A stretch of DNA of 64,000 nt. Source: an uncultured Candidatus Saccharibacteria bacterium (GTDB lineage: Bacteria; Patescibacteriota; Minisyncoccia; Minisyncoccales; GWA2-38-27). The position numbers and the translations under genes are program-made. Below the pieces are notes generated by a model, which saw only the letters and a list, made by a program, of their open reading frames with translations, did not search any database and had not been told where the DNA came from. Positions 19,369 to 30,100 of the stretch are shown one piece after another (the stretch's first letter is position 1; each line of letters opens with the position of its first letter). The stretch spans positions 36,907 to 100,906 of the forward strand of contig CAZSQP010000003.1 of assembly GCA_964609075.1 (NCBI GenBank), given 5' to 3'.

Positions 19369-19877
19369 TTATTCTAGGCATAGATCCGGGAACCGCTACT
19401 TTAGGTTTTGGAGTTATAGAAAACAAAGAAAAAAGAAAAGTGAGAACTTTAGATTATGGATGTATTATCACAAAGCCTGATCTCTCAGATCCTGAAAGAT
19501 TAAAAAAGATAAATAACCAGTTAAACAGAATAATTAGAGAATATAAGCCTGATGTTTTGGCTGTAGAAAACCTTTATTTTTTTAAAAATTTAAAAACTGC
19601 TATGCCCGTCTCTCAAGCAAAAGGCGTGGTTTTGCTTACAGCTGCCAAAAAGAAAATACCTGTTTATGAGTTTACCCCTCTTCAAGTAAAGATGACTATA
19701 ACAGGTTATGGAAGAGCAGAAAAAAAACAAGTCCAGAAAATGATCCAGACCATGCTTAACCTAGAAGAAAAACCGAAAGACAAGAATAAAAGAAAAGATG
19801 ACGCTACAGACGCTCTGGGTATAGCCTTATGTTATGTCATAAAAGCAGGAAGCAATCTTAAATCTCAAGCTCTTTAG
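19365..19877 (+). CDS. ruvC: Crossover junction endodeoxyribonuclease RuvC
   Basis: ILGIDPGTATLGFGVIE..., catalytic acidic residues present, 170 aa. Confidence 0.85.
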   Translation: MIILGIDPGTATLGFGVIENKEKRKVRTLDYGCIITKPDLSDPERLKKINNQLNRIIREYKPDVLAVENLYFFKNLKTAMPVSQAKGVVLLTAAKKKIPVYEFTPLQVKMTITGYGRAEKKQVQKMIQTMLNLEEKPKDKNKRKDDATDALGIALCYVIKAGSNLKSQAL

Positions 19878-20268
19878 CTACGTTAGGATCAAGGTCAGAG
19901 GTAATTAAATCCCTAATCTTTTTTATCTCAATCCATTTTATCTCAGCTACCTCGTGGGGTTCTTTGGGTTTTGAGGTAGGTTTTTTAGAATTCAAATTGC
20001 ATAAATGATAAACAACAGCTACTGGAAACTGCTCGTGCATCTTAACAGCTATCTGTTTTATTGAATCAACATCATAACCTGTTTCATCTAAAACCTCTCT
20101 TTTAACACATTCCTCCCTTGTCTCTTTAAAGCGCTGCTTTCCTCCGGGAAAAGCCCATTCTAGAACAGAATCTCCTTTTCCTTTCTCCTTCACTTTCCTC
20201 CTTATCATAAGAACCTTGTCATTATCCAGAACTATTCCTAAATTGATAAAGTCTTCTGCTTCTTCCAT
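19858..20268 (-). CDS. NUDIX hydrolase
   Basis: Nudix box GGKQRFKETREECVKREVLDETGY. Confidence 0.75.
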   Translation of the reverse strand: MEEAEDFINLGIVLDNDKVLMIRRKVKEKGKGDSVLEWAFPGGKQRFKETREECVKREVLDETGYDVDSIKQIAVKMHEQFPVAVVYHLCNLNSKKPTSKPKEPHEVAEIKWIEIKKIRDLITSDLDPNVAKELEI

Positions 20269-20270
20269 AA

Positions 20271-21470
20271 TTACTTAATTTTAATAAAATTTCTTTTACC
20301 TACTTTAATTAACATTCCTTTTTTAATATCTATTTCTTTTTTCCAGTCATTTAAAAGCTCTCTGTCAATCGTTACTCCCCCTTGATTAACCAATCTTTTA
20401 GCTTCTGATTTTGAAGAAGCAAGATTAACCTTTACTAGAAGATCTAAAACAGAAAGTTTTTTTTCTTTAATCTCAAACTCTGGAATATCCTCTGGTGCTT
20501 TCTTTTCTTTAAAAACCCTATTAAACTCTTTTTCTACCTTCTCAGCTTTCTTTTCTCCATAATAGAAAGTAACTATTTCTTTTGCTAATTCTGATTTTAA
20601 TTCTCTTGGATTTACTTGTTTTTTACTAAGCTTCTTTTCATATTTTTCTATTTTATTCAAAGAAATTCTAGTCAATAACTTGAAATAAGAGATAATGAGG
20701 TTATCTGGTATAGACATTATCTTCCCATATTGATTTTCCGGTTTTTCTTCTATGCCAATATAGTTTCCCAAGCTCTGACTCATTTTGCGCTTTCCGTCGG
20801 TTCCTATTAAAAGCTCCGTGGCAACTATATCCTGAGGCTTCTGTCCCATCTTTTCCTGTATTTCTCTTCCTTTTATTTCATTAAAAATCTGGTCTATTCC
20901 GCAAACAGTAAGATCTGCCTCAAGTTTAACAGAATCATAAGCTTGAAGAGCGGGATAAACAGGCTCATGAAAGCGGGTCTCTTGTTTTCTTTTTTTTCTT
21001 TCTCTAAAAATATCCCTTTCCATCATCCTGTCTGTAGTAAAATAACTCATTAATTTTAAGAGGTCTTCAGCCGACATTTTATCATACCATTCGCTGTTGT
21101 ATCTGATTTCTGTTTTTTTAAGGTCAAGTATCTTCCCAACCTGCCTTAAATAATTCTTAGCTAAACCTCTTACTTCCTTTTTGCTTCTTAGGTTCCTGGC
21201 CTCCAGTTTTTCGGTAGGATCTCCAAATCTCCCGGTAAAATCACCTACTAAAAAAACAATCTTATGTCCGAGATCCTGAAAATCCTTCAATTTAAGATAA
21301 ATAACAGAATAACCCAGATGAAGATCTTTGGTAGTGGGATCTACTCCATGCTTTATTCTCAATTGCTTTCCTTTTTTTAATTTTCTGGAAAGATCTTCCT
21401 TTTTTATAACTTTTTCCACCCCTCTTTCCAGAATCCTTTTTATTATTTTTAGATCTGTCTTTATTTCCAT
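20271..21470 (-). CDS. tyrS: Tyrosine--tRNA ligase
   Basis: HIGH-type motif (DLHLGY), KMSKS-type motif (KMSQS), and a C-terminal S4 domain. Confidence 0.85.
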   Translation of the reverse strand: MEIKTDLKIIKRILERGVEKVIKKEDLSRKLKKGKQLRIKHGVDPTTKDLHLGYSVIYLKLKDFQDLGHKIVFLVGDFTGRFGDPTEKLEARNLRSKKEVRGLAKNYLRQVGKILDLKKTEIRYNSEWYDKMSAEDLLKLMSYFTTDRMMERDIFRERKKRKQETRFHEPVYPALQAYDSVKLEADLTVCGIDQIFNEIKGREIQEKMGQKPQDIVATELLIGTDGKRKMSQSLGNYIGIEEKPENQYGKIMSIPDNLIISYFKLLTRISLNKIEKYEKKLSKKQVNPRELKSELAKEIVTFYYGEKKAEKVEKEFNRVFKEKKAPEDIPEFEIKEKKLSVLDLLVKVNLASSKSEAKRLVNQGGVTIDRELLNDWKKEIDIKKGMLIKVGKRNFIKIK

Positions 21471-21509
21471 ACAATTTTATTCTAGAATAAAAGGAATAAA
21501 AAGTAAATT

Positions 21510-23447
21510 ATGGCTAAAAGAAAATACAAAAGAAAATCATATAAAAAGAGGAGAGTCTTCTATGCTATTGCTATCAGTTTTCTTTCTTTAATATTCCTAG
21601 CTATATTCTCGGGAGCTGCTCTTTTTATCTATTATGCAAAAGATCTGCCTAGACCGGAGAAGTTTACGGAGAGAGTCTTTGCCGAATCAACTAAGATCTA
21701 CGATAGAACAGGAGAAACTCTTCTCTACGAATTATACGGAGAAGAGAAAAGAGAAATTATTTCTCTAGAAGAGATGCCTGAGCATCTTAAAAAAGCTGTC
21801 ATTGTCACAGAAGACGCCAACTTCTATTCCCACATCGGAATAGATTTTCAGGGAATAATCAGAGCCATAAAGATAAATCTCAGACTGGGAGAACCTCTCT
21901 ACGGAGGTTCTACCATATCTCAACAGTTAATAAGATCTACTTTCTTGACTTTAGAAAAAACAATAAAAAGAAAAGTAAGAGAAGTTATCCTTACTTTAGA
22001 ACTGGAAAGGAGATACTCTAAAGACGAAATATTAGAATGGTACTTGAACCAAGTTCCTTTCGGCCCTAATCTCTACGGAGTACAGGCGGCTTCCAAAGCC
22101 TACTTTAATAAGGAAGCTAAAAATCTGACTATACCGGAAGCGGCCTCTTTAGCTGCCATGATTCAGGCTCCAAGCTATTATTCCCCTTATGGACAAAACA
22201 AAGAAGACCTTCTGGAAAGAAAAGATTACGTTTTAAAAAGATTAGCCCAAGAACACATTATCACAGAAGAAGAAAAAGAAAGATACCAGGAGGAAGACTT
22301 GGAATTTTCTGAAATATCCCAATCAATTAAAGCCCCTCACTTTGTTTTCTACATCTTAAATCAGTTATACGAAAAGTATGGAAGGGATCATCTGGAAAAA
22401 GAAGGGCTTAAAGTCTACACTTCCTTGGACTGGGATCTTCAGCAAAAAGCTCAGAAGATAGTAGAAGAGGGGGTCAAAAACAGCAAATGGGCCAACGCTC
22501 ATAATGGAGCTCTAGTAGCAATAGACTCTGAAACAGGTGAAATACTTTCTATGGTAGGTTCTGCTGATTGGTTCGGAGATCCTTATCCTGAGGGCTGCAT
22601 CTCCGGAAAAGACTGCCTCTTCGATCCAAAAGTTAACATAGCAGCCTACGGCCAAGGAAGACAGCCCGGTTCTTCTTTTAAACCTTTTGTATACGCTACA
22701 GCCTTTGAAAAAGGGTATGATGATGACTATATTGTTATAGACAAGAGAACGGACTTTGGCGTTTATGGAGGAAAACACTATATCCCCCAAAACTACGACG
22801 GTAGATTCAGGGGCCCTGTTACTCTAAGGCAAGCTTTGGCTCAGTCTTTAAACGTTCCCTCTGTTAAAGTTTTAGCTTATCTTGCAGGACAGGAAAACAG
22901 TATAGAAACTGCTAAAAAAATGGGTATTACCACCTTAAACAGAGACCCTTCTTTTTACGGGCTTTCCATAGTGCTAGGAGGAGGAGAGGTAAAACTATTG
23001 GATATGACTTCTGCTTATTCTGTCTTTGCCAGAGAAGGAACTAGAATTCCTCCTGTCTCCATTTTAAAAATAGAGGACTCTAGAGGAAAGACAATAGAAG
23101 AAAACAACAAGAGCCCAAGAAAAGTGATCAGCACAGAATCTGCCAGAATGATTACAGATATCCTTTCCGATAACAAGGCAAGAACCCCTATGTTCGGCTC
23201 AAATTCTTTAATGCACTTTCCAGATTATAATGTAGCTTCTAAAACAGGAACTACTAATGACTACAAAGACGCCTGGATTTTAGGATACACTCCCTCTATT
23301 ACAGTAGGTGTCTGGGTGGGAAATAATAACAATGATCCCATGGCTCCCCAGCCCTCAGTAGTTTTAGCAGGACCTATCTGGCATAATTTTTTAAACCAGA
23401 TTCTACCCAGCCTCCCCAAAGAAAGCTTTGCTTCTCCTGAAAAATAA
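21510..23447 (+). CDS. Bifunctional class A penicillin-binding protein (GT51 transglycosylase + transpeptidase)
   Basis: GT51 motifs (EDANFYSHIGID, GGSTISQQL, RKVRE...LE..YSKDEILE..LN); transpeptidase SSFKP and KTGTT. Confidence 0.85.
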   Translation: MAKRKYKRKSYKKRRVFYAIAISFLSLIFLAIFSGAALFIYYAKDLPRPEKFTERVFAESTKIYDRTGETLLYELYGEEKREIISLEEMPEHLKKAVIVTEDANFYSHIGIDFQGIIRAIKINLRLGEPLYGGSTISQQLIRSTFLTLEKTIKRKVREVILTLELERRYSKDEILEWYLNQVPFGPNLYGVQAASKAYFNKEAKNLTIPEAASLAAMIQAPSYYSPYGQNKEDLLERKDYVLKRLAQEHIITEEEKERYQEEDLEFSEISQSIKAPHFVFYILNQLYEKYGRDHLEKEGLKVYTSLDWDLQQKAQKIVEEGVKNSKWANAHNGALVAIDSETGEILSMVGSADWFGDPYPEGCISGKDCLFDPKVNIAAYGQGRQPGSSFKPFVYATAFEKGYDDDYIVIDKRTDFGVYGGKHYIPQNYDGRFRGPVTLRQALAQSLNVPSVKVLAYLAGQENSIETAKKMGITTLNRDPSFYGLSIVLGGGEVKLLDMTSAYSVFAREGTRIPPVSILKIEDSRGKTIEENNKSPRKVISTESARMITDILSDNKARTPMFGSNSLMHFPDYNVASKTGTTNDYKDAWILGYTPSITVGVWVGNNNNDPMAPQPSVVLAGPIWHNFLNQILPSLPKESFASPEK

Positions 23448-23485
23448 ATCTCCTTTAAAGAGAGTTTTTGTTGATTTTCTCTTTA

Positions 23486-23494
23486 TGATATAAT
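23486..23494 (+). promoter_or_regulatory. Extended -10 promoter element (TGaTATAAT) for the T4SS-like operon
   Basis: tgatataat at 23486-23494, with a possible -35 ttgttg/ttgatt upstream. The ORF-track TTG start at 23498 overlaps the promoter, so ATG 23522 is the more likely start. Confidence 0.35.
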
Positions 23495-23521
23495 TAATTG
23501 AAGATAAAGCTAAAAACAATT

Positions 23522-23920
23522 ATGCCAGATTATCCAAAAGAACAGCTCTGGGAACTCTACCAAGACCTCCCAGAAACCCTCCAGAAAGCCCTCTTTTCCG
23601 AAGAGGTGGCAGACAATATCTATGAGATCTGCCAGAAAAATAAAATAGAAAAAGCTAATGAAATCTCAAGAAACATAGGTTATGTTTTTTCAGGACTTCT
23701 CCCTCCTTCAGAATTTAAAGGGGTTTTATCAGAAGAAATAGGTTTAGACAAAAAGAAAGCAGAAAGCGTTTCAACCGAAATTGAAAGATTTATTTTTCTT
23801 CCTCTTAAAAAGAACCTGGAAGCTCTTTATAAGGAAAAAATAAAAGGTAAAAAAATAAAAAAGAAAGCCTCTTCTAAAAAAACAAAGAAAAAGGATAGCT
23901 ACAGGGAATCTATAGAATAA
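23522..23920 (+). CDS. Hypothetical Lys-rich protein; first gene of the T4SS-like operon
   Basis: ORF in the track (from TTG at 23498); ATG at 23522 preferred. Stop is 1 nt before the next start. Confidence 0.4.
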   Translation: MPDYPKEQLWELYQDLPETLQKALFSEEVADNIYEICQKNKIEKANEISRNIGYVFSGLLPPSEFKGVLSEEIGLDKKKAESVSTEIERFIFLPLKKNLEALYKEKIKGKKIKKKASSKKTKKKDSYRESIE

Positions 23921-23921
23921 T

Positions 23922-24320
23922 ATGCAGTTTACGGTTCCACAATTTATAGAAAGAGAAACTAAAATAGTGGGTCCCCTTACCTTCAAGCAGTTTATTTTTG
24001 TAGGGATTGCCGGGGGTCTTTGCCTTTTTCTATACTTTACTGTTTCTTTCACTACCTTTATAATTCTGACCGTATTAATATTAGGAACAGCTTTTTCTCT
24101 AGCCTTTGTTAAAATTAAGAAGATCCCTCTTCCTGTAATAATCAAGAATTTTTTTTCTTTTCTAACAGAGCCTAAAGTATATCTCTGGAAAAAGAAAACC
24201 AGTCCTCCGAAAATACAAAGAAAAAAAGTTAAAACAATAGAAAAAGAAGAAAAGGAAGAGCCTAAAGTGGTGGGAAGAAGTAAACTTAAAGATCTCTCGA
24301 CAAGACTTAAGATAAAATAA
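23922..24320 (+). CDS. VirB3/PrgI-like small two-TM protein
   Basis: 132 aa with two adjacent TM helices, immediately upstream of virB4. This gene order is typical of Gram-positive-type (MPF-FATA) T4SS. Confidence 0.4.
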   Translation: MQFTVPQFIERETKIVGPLTFKQFIFVGIAGGLCLFLYFTVSFTTFIILTVLILGTAFSLAFVKIKKIPLPVIIKNFFSFLTEPKVYLWKKKTSPPKIQRKKVKTIEKEEKEEPKVVGRSKLKDLSTRLKIK

Positions 24321-24322
24321 TT

Positions 24323-24952
24323 ATGGCCCAGAACACTACCCAGGAATTTCTAAAATTCGATAAGATAAGAGACGGAGTAATAATTCTCAAAAACAAAGGG
24401 CTGAGAATGGTTTTGATGGCTTCTTCTGTAAACTTTGCCTTAAAGTCAGATGAAGAACAACAATCTATTCTTTACGCTTTCCAGAGCTTTCTTAATTCTC
24501 TGGACTTCTCTTGTCAAATAATGGTTAGCTCTAGAAAAATAAATATTACAGGATATTTGGAAAAGTTAGAAGAGATAGAAAAAAAAGAGGAGGAAGAGCT
24601 CTTGCAGATGCAGATCTCAGAATACAATAAATTCATCAGAAACCTTGTCCAAGAAGGATCTATAATGCAAAAAAGCTTCTATGTCACGGTTCCCTTCTCT
24701 TTAGCGGAGACAAAGGGAATATCAACTGCTAAAAAGATAAAAAGAGAAGTAGAACTCACAGAAGTAGAATTTCAAAGAGCAAAGAACCAGCTTCTTCAAA
24801 GAGTAGAATTTGTTATTTTAGGATTAAGGGCTTGCGGAATAGAAGCTGTTCCTTTAAAGAATTTGGAGCTAGCAGAACTCTTTTGGAGTCTACATCATCC
24901 TTTAGAGGCAGAAAGGGGATATTATCCGGAAATACCAACTGACTTAACATGA
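24323..24952 (+). CDS. VirB4/TrbE-family ATPase, N-terminal (CagE_TrbE_VirB-like) segment encoded as a separate ORF
   Basis: 209 aa resembling the N-terminal domain of VirB4. Stop TGA overlaps the next ATG (ATGA). Confidence 0.55.
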   Translation: MAQNTTQEFLKFDKIRDGVIILKNKGLRMVLMASSVNFALKSDEEQQSILYAFQSFLNSLDFSCQIMVSSRKINITGYLEKLEEIEKKEEEELLQMQISEYNKFIRNLVQEGSIMQKSFYVTVPFSLAETKGISTAKKIKREVELTEVEFQRAKNQLLQRVEFVILGLRACGIEAVPLKNLELAELFWSLHHPLEAERGYYPEIPTDLT

Positions 24953-26745
24953 AAATACCTTTCTTAGATAAATTTAAAAAAGATATTCCAGAAGAGGTTA
25001 TTTCTAAAGAACCCCTGCGCATTTCAGATATAGCAGCCCCTTCCTTTATCCAGCTAAAACAGAATTATCTAAAAATAGGAGAAAAGCTAGTTAAGACATA
25101 CTTCGTTTTCTCTTATCCAAGATACCTGCAAACAGGATGGCTTTCCCCCTTGATAAACCTCAATGTTCCTTTGGATGTTTCCTATCATCTTCACCCTGTG
25201 GAAACAGAAGGTATCCTAAAAAAATTAAGAAAACGAGTAACTGAAGTTCAAGCAGAAATAGCAGAAAGGGAAGAAAAAGGACTGATTAGAGATCCAACCT
25301 TGGAAGCTGCCCACCAGAATCTGGAGGAATTAAGGGATAAGCTTCAGACAGCCCAGGAAAGAATGTTCCGTTTTTCTCTTTATGTCACAGTCTACGGAGA
25401 TAATGAAAAAGAATTAAGGGAAACAGAAACCACCTTAAGATCTATTTTGGAGTCAAGGTTGATATATATAAAACCTGCTCTCTACCAGCAGAAAGAAGGC
25501 TTTATATCCTCTTCTCCTTACGGATTAGACATTTTGGGAGTGACTACTTTAATGAACACTTCTCCTTTGTCTTCCACCTTCCCTTTTATTTCCTTTGACT
25601 TAAGTTCTAATGAAGGAATACTTTATGGAATAAACAAGCATAATAATTCTTTGGTTTTATTTGACAGATTCTCTTTACCAAATCCAAATTCTTGTATTTT
25701 CGCAATATCTGGTGCTGGAAAATCATACTTTGTAAAACTTGAAATTTTAAGATCCTTAATGCTGGGAACTGATTGTATTGTCATAGACCCAGAGAACGAA
25801 TACAAGTTCTTATGTGACGCCGTAGGAGGATCTTTCTTTAATATTTCTTTGGCTTCAGACAACCACATTAATCCTTTTGATCTCCCCATTCCAGCAGAAG
25901 ACGAAAACCCAGAGGATGTCTTAAGATCTAATGTGATAAACTTGGTAGGCCTGATAAGGGTTATGCTTGGAGGTCTTTCACCAGAAGAAGATTCTATTAT
26001 AGATAAAGCTATTACAGAAACTTATGCTGCTAAAGATATTACAGCAGACTCTGATCCAAAACAATGGGGCAAAGAACTGCCCTTCCCTACTATGTCAGAT
26101 TTTGAAAGTGTGCTCTCTACTATTGAAGGAGGAGAGTCCCTAGTAAGAAGGATTCAGAGATTTACTACTGGAGCATACTCTAAATTCTTCAACAACCCAT
26201 CTAATGTGGATATGAAAAAGAGAATGGTTGTTTTCGGCATAAGGGATATGGAAGATGAATTAAGACCTATGGCTCTCTTTATTATCTTAAGATACATCTG
26301 GAAGACAGTAACCTCTGAAATGAAAAAGCGCCTTCTAATAATAGATGAGGCCTGGTGGCTTATGAATAATGAGGATGGAGCCTCTTTCCTTTTTGGAACA
26401 GTTAAAAGAGCCAGGAAGTACTGGCTGGGAGTAACTACTATTACCCAGGATATTAACGACTTTATGAAATCTGACTACGGAAAGCCTATTATCACAAACT
26501 CAGCCTTAACCCTTTTGATGAAACAAAGCTCTGCTACTATAGATGTAGTTCAGAAAACATTCAACCTAACAAACGAAGAAAAAATGCTTCTTTTAGAGTC
26601 TCCCGTAGGAGAAGGAATCTTCTTCGCCGGAAACAAACATATTTTAATAAAAGTGAGAGCTTCCTACGCAGAAAATCAGATAATAACCACAGCCCCAGAA
26701 GAAGTTCAGAAGATAAAACAAGCTAAAAAAGAGCTTGAAGGATAA
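24949..26745 (+). CDS. VirB4/TraE/PrgJ-family conjugation-type ATPase (central + C-terminal ATPase domain)
   Basis: Walker A AISGAGKSY, Walker B LLIIDEAWW, and the family C-terminal region (TTITQDINDF). Confidence 0.75.
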   Translation: MKIPFLDKFKKDIPEEVISKEPLRISDIAAPSFIQLKQNYLKIGEKLVKTYFVFSYPRYLQTGWLSPLINLNVPLDVSYHLHPVETEGILKKLRKRVTEVQAEIAEREEKGLIRDPTLEAAHQNLEELRDKLQTAQERMFRFSLYVTVYGDNEKELRETETTLRSILESRLIYIKPALYQQKEGFISSSPYGLDILGVTTLMNTSPLSSTFPFISFDLSSNEGILYGINKHNNSLVLFDRFSLPNPNSCIFAISGAGKSYFVKLEILRSLMLGTDCIVIDPENEYKFLCDAVGGSFFNISLASDNHINPFDLPIPAEDENPEDVLRSNVINLVGLIRVMLGGLSPEEDSIIDKAITETYAAKDITADSDPKQWGKELPFPTMSDFESVLSTIEGGESLVRRIQRFTTGAYSKFFNNPSNVDMKKRMVVFGIRDMEDELRPMALFIILRYIWKTVTSEMKKRLLIIDEAWWLMNNEDGASFLFGTVKRARKYWLGVTTITQDINDFMKSDYGKPIITNSALTLLMKQSSATIDVVQKTFNLTNEEKMLLLESPVGEGIFFAGNKHILIKVRASYAENQIITTAPEEVQKIKQAKKELEG

Positions 26746-27179
26746 TGACAGAAGAAAAAGAACAGAAAGCCCCTTCTCAAAAAGCTCCCCCTAAAGAAAA
26801 AGGCGCTTCAGAGGAAGCAGCTAATGAGATCGAGAGAATAGGAAACTTTATAAGCTTATACGGAATAATAATGTTTTCTATGGCTATAGTTTTAGATCTA
26901 GTAGGCCTCATTCTCTTAGTTCTAAGTTTTTTAGGCATAGGAATCCCTTTGTCCTTTATTCCTGACGTTATTGGTCTTGTCTTTATAGGAGGATTAATGC
27001 TATTGAGTCCTAGTGGAGGAGTAGTAGTTTCCAAAGGAGCAAATAAACTTAGCAAAAAGATAGCTAAAAAAATAGGGAAAAAAATAGGGCTCTCTTTCTT
27101 AGTAGAGCTTGTCCCTTTTGTTGGAGACATAGCCCCCTCCTGGACTGTAGCCGTTTACCTTCACTTAAAAGGCAGTTAA
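26745..27179 (+). CDS. Small polytopic membrane protein of the T4SS-like operon
   Basis: 144 aa with 3-4 predicted TM helices; start overlaps the virB4 stop (TAATG). Confidence 0.4.
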   Translation: MTEEKEQKAPSQKAPPKEKGASEEAANEIERIGNFISLYGIIMFSMAIVLDLVGLILLVLSFLGIGIPLSFIPDVIGLVFIGGLMLLSPSGGVVVSKGANKLSKKIAKKIGKKIGLSFLVELVPFVGDIAPSWTVAVYLHLKGS

Positions 27180-27182
27180 TTT

Positions 27183-30100
27183 ATGGGAAAAAAGAAGCAA
27201 ATAATTTTATTCTGTCTTTTGCTCCTTTTGTTCTCTTTAGGAGCAGATTTTGTTTTAGCTTTAGAAATCAATTATCCTAATTTACCTGATACAGAACCTC
27301 CTCAAGACTTTCTCCAAAGACTTTCTCCAAATGAAGCTCTTCCTTTATATGTTGATTACTTTTTCAAGCTGGCTATCTGGATACTGGGTTTTGTAGCTTT
27401 TGGAGTTATGGTTTATGGAGGAGCTCTCTATTTAATCTCAACAGGAGAACCTGACAAGTTAGTTAAAGCTAGGGAGTTTATTTCTTCCTCTTTTTTTGGC
27501 ATTCTTATCCTTTTAACCTCCTACCTTGTTCTTTCTGTAATAAATCCAGATCTTGTTAATTTAGAAGCTCCAGAAATAGAAGAATTTACAATAGAAAGAG
27601 AACCGGAAGTCCCAGAGCCTAAAATTTTAGCTGCCAACACTTCTATTCACGTAGAGCTGCCTTTCGGAAGATTAATTGAAGGGGACATTTTTGAAACATA
27701 CATTTCAGATCCAAATGCTGTCCAGGGAAGAACGCCGAGATTGAGTAGAATTAAGAGTAATGCTAGTTCCACAATAGATATTGCCTCAAAGCTTTCTCAA
27801 AACAGCCAGCAACTGAGCAGCTTGGCTCAAAGCTGCGACTGTAGCCAGGCAGAACCTGTTTGTCCGAACTGCCAGCCTCAGGGAGCTACTCCTCTCTCTA
27901 ATATTTTGGGTCTTGAAGGAATGGGTGTTTTTTCCCAGATAACAGACAATCTTTCTGATATATTAGGAGAAGGGAATTTGGGTCCAGCTTTAGGTCTTTC
28001 AGAAGCTGTCTCTCGGGGCACAGGAAACATTGGAGAGCTTTCCAGCGTTTTGGATTCAATAGACCAAATTTCAAAAGATTTAAGCTTGTCTCAAAACCTA
28101 CCTCAAGCCTTTGAAATAGGAGGAGAAATAGCTTCTATAACCCAAAACCCCCAAGAACTTACAGGTATGGTCAATTCTATTGAGAATATGAGTCAGATAG
28201 CGGGTCTAGGAAATTTTCAGGAAGCTTTTAATATAGCTACCCAGGCAGCTTTGATAGCGGAGAACCCGGAAAACCTAACTAGTGTTCTGACTTCTGCAGA
28301 AAACATTACAGATATTACAGGAATTACCGGAGACCTTGGAGATACCTATAATATAGGGTATAACATAGCTTCTATAGTAGACAGCCCAAATAGCTATTCT
28401 TCTGTAGTAGGATCTATTGCTAACATCACAGGCATGCTCGACGTTCCGAGAGATCTCTCCGGCGTTTTCAGTACAGCTTATGATATGGCTTCTGTGGCAG
28501 ATAATCCTGCCAATATAGTGCCCCTTTTAAACTCCAACAAGAAAATAGCTAACATCCTAGGAAGCTCTAACAGAATGGAGGATGTTTTTAATGTTGGATA
28601 CAACGTAGCCTTAATAGCAGAGAACCCAGATCAATACTCCACCATAGTTGGAGCCGCCTCTAATATAACGGATATCATGGAAGCCCCAGTAAACCTAGGA
28701 GAGTCTTTCGGTATTGCTTATGATATAGCTTCTATTGCAGAAGAACCATCTAATATCTCTAGAACTTTTTCTTCTTTAGAAAATATAAATAGAACCATTG
28801 ACTCCCCAAATTATCTCAGACCTGCTTTTAAAACAGTTAGAGACTTAGGGTCTATTGTAAGAAACCAGAATAACCTAGAAAGTGTTCTTCTTTCTTCAGA
28901 AGAAATTGCCAGAAGAGTCAATGATTCAGATGATTTATTCAGAGCTTTTGAAAAAGCTCATGAAGCGACTGAAATAGTTGAAGATTACCAAAGATATCCA
29001 GAACTTGTAGAATCTATGGGAAGATTGAGCAGGATATTTGAAAACCCGGCTCATTTAGAGCAGGTTTTAGAAATAGCAAAAGAGAAAGATCTGGCTGAAG
29101 ATCCAGAAGAGCTCGTTGAGGCCTTAAGGGAAGATCCTGATTTCAGACATGTTGTTCCCCAAGAAGATATGGATAAAACTTTAGAGGAAATAGAAAATAT
29201 TGCAGAGAGAACTGACAGATTTGATGAAGTAGAAAGAATAACCAGAGAAGTTGAAAACATTGTACCTAATACAGGTAGTTTAGCTGATGTTTTTGAAAGA
29301 GTAGGAAGCGTTTCCCGTTTGACAGAAAACCCTGATGACTTAAGGAATATCTCTCTTGTATTAGAAGACTTTTCATACTTATCTGAAGACACAGAAGAAG
29401 CAGCTTTTCTTTTAGAAGAGTTCAGAGAAATATCTTTAATTACTCGTGATCTTTCTGACATAGAAAACCTTGAAAACCTAGCTGTAGAACTTAGTTATCT
29501 GGCAGGAGACCATTACGGATTCAACGAAGTTTTAAGGAACTTCGGAGGAGTGGCATCTGTTATCCAGGAGCCAGAAGATTTAAGAAATATACAATATGCC
29601 ATGGAAGATCTTTCTACAATTGTCCCAGAGTTAGAAGGCATGAGCTCTGTCTTAGAGAATTTTCAGGGAATAGGAACCCTTATTCAAGATCCCCAGGATA
29701 TGGGAAACATTAGAATGGCTATGACAGATCTTTCCCATGTTTTTCCTCAAGCAGGAGAGCTTTCTGACTTTTTAGGAGAATATTCTGGTATAGCCTCTTT
29801 AGTTGAAGACCCAACAGACTTTCAGAATATTCAAGCAGCTGCAGACAACCTTTCTGAAATTCTACCTCAGACAGGAAATCTTTCACAATATTTTGATAAT
29901 CTAGAAGGAATAGCTTCTTACGTTCAAGATCCAACTGATTTTCAGGGCCTTCAAGGAGCTCTTAGCGACTTATCTCAAATTCTGCCCGAGGCAGGTCAGC
30001 TTTCTGATTTTTTGGGGCAATACGAAAATTTAGCCTCGGTTATCCAGGACCCTACAGATCTAGCCAATATTCAAGGAGGATTAGAGGATCTTTCTCAGGT

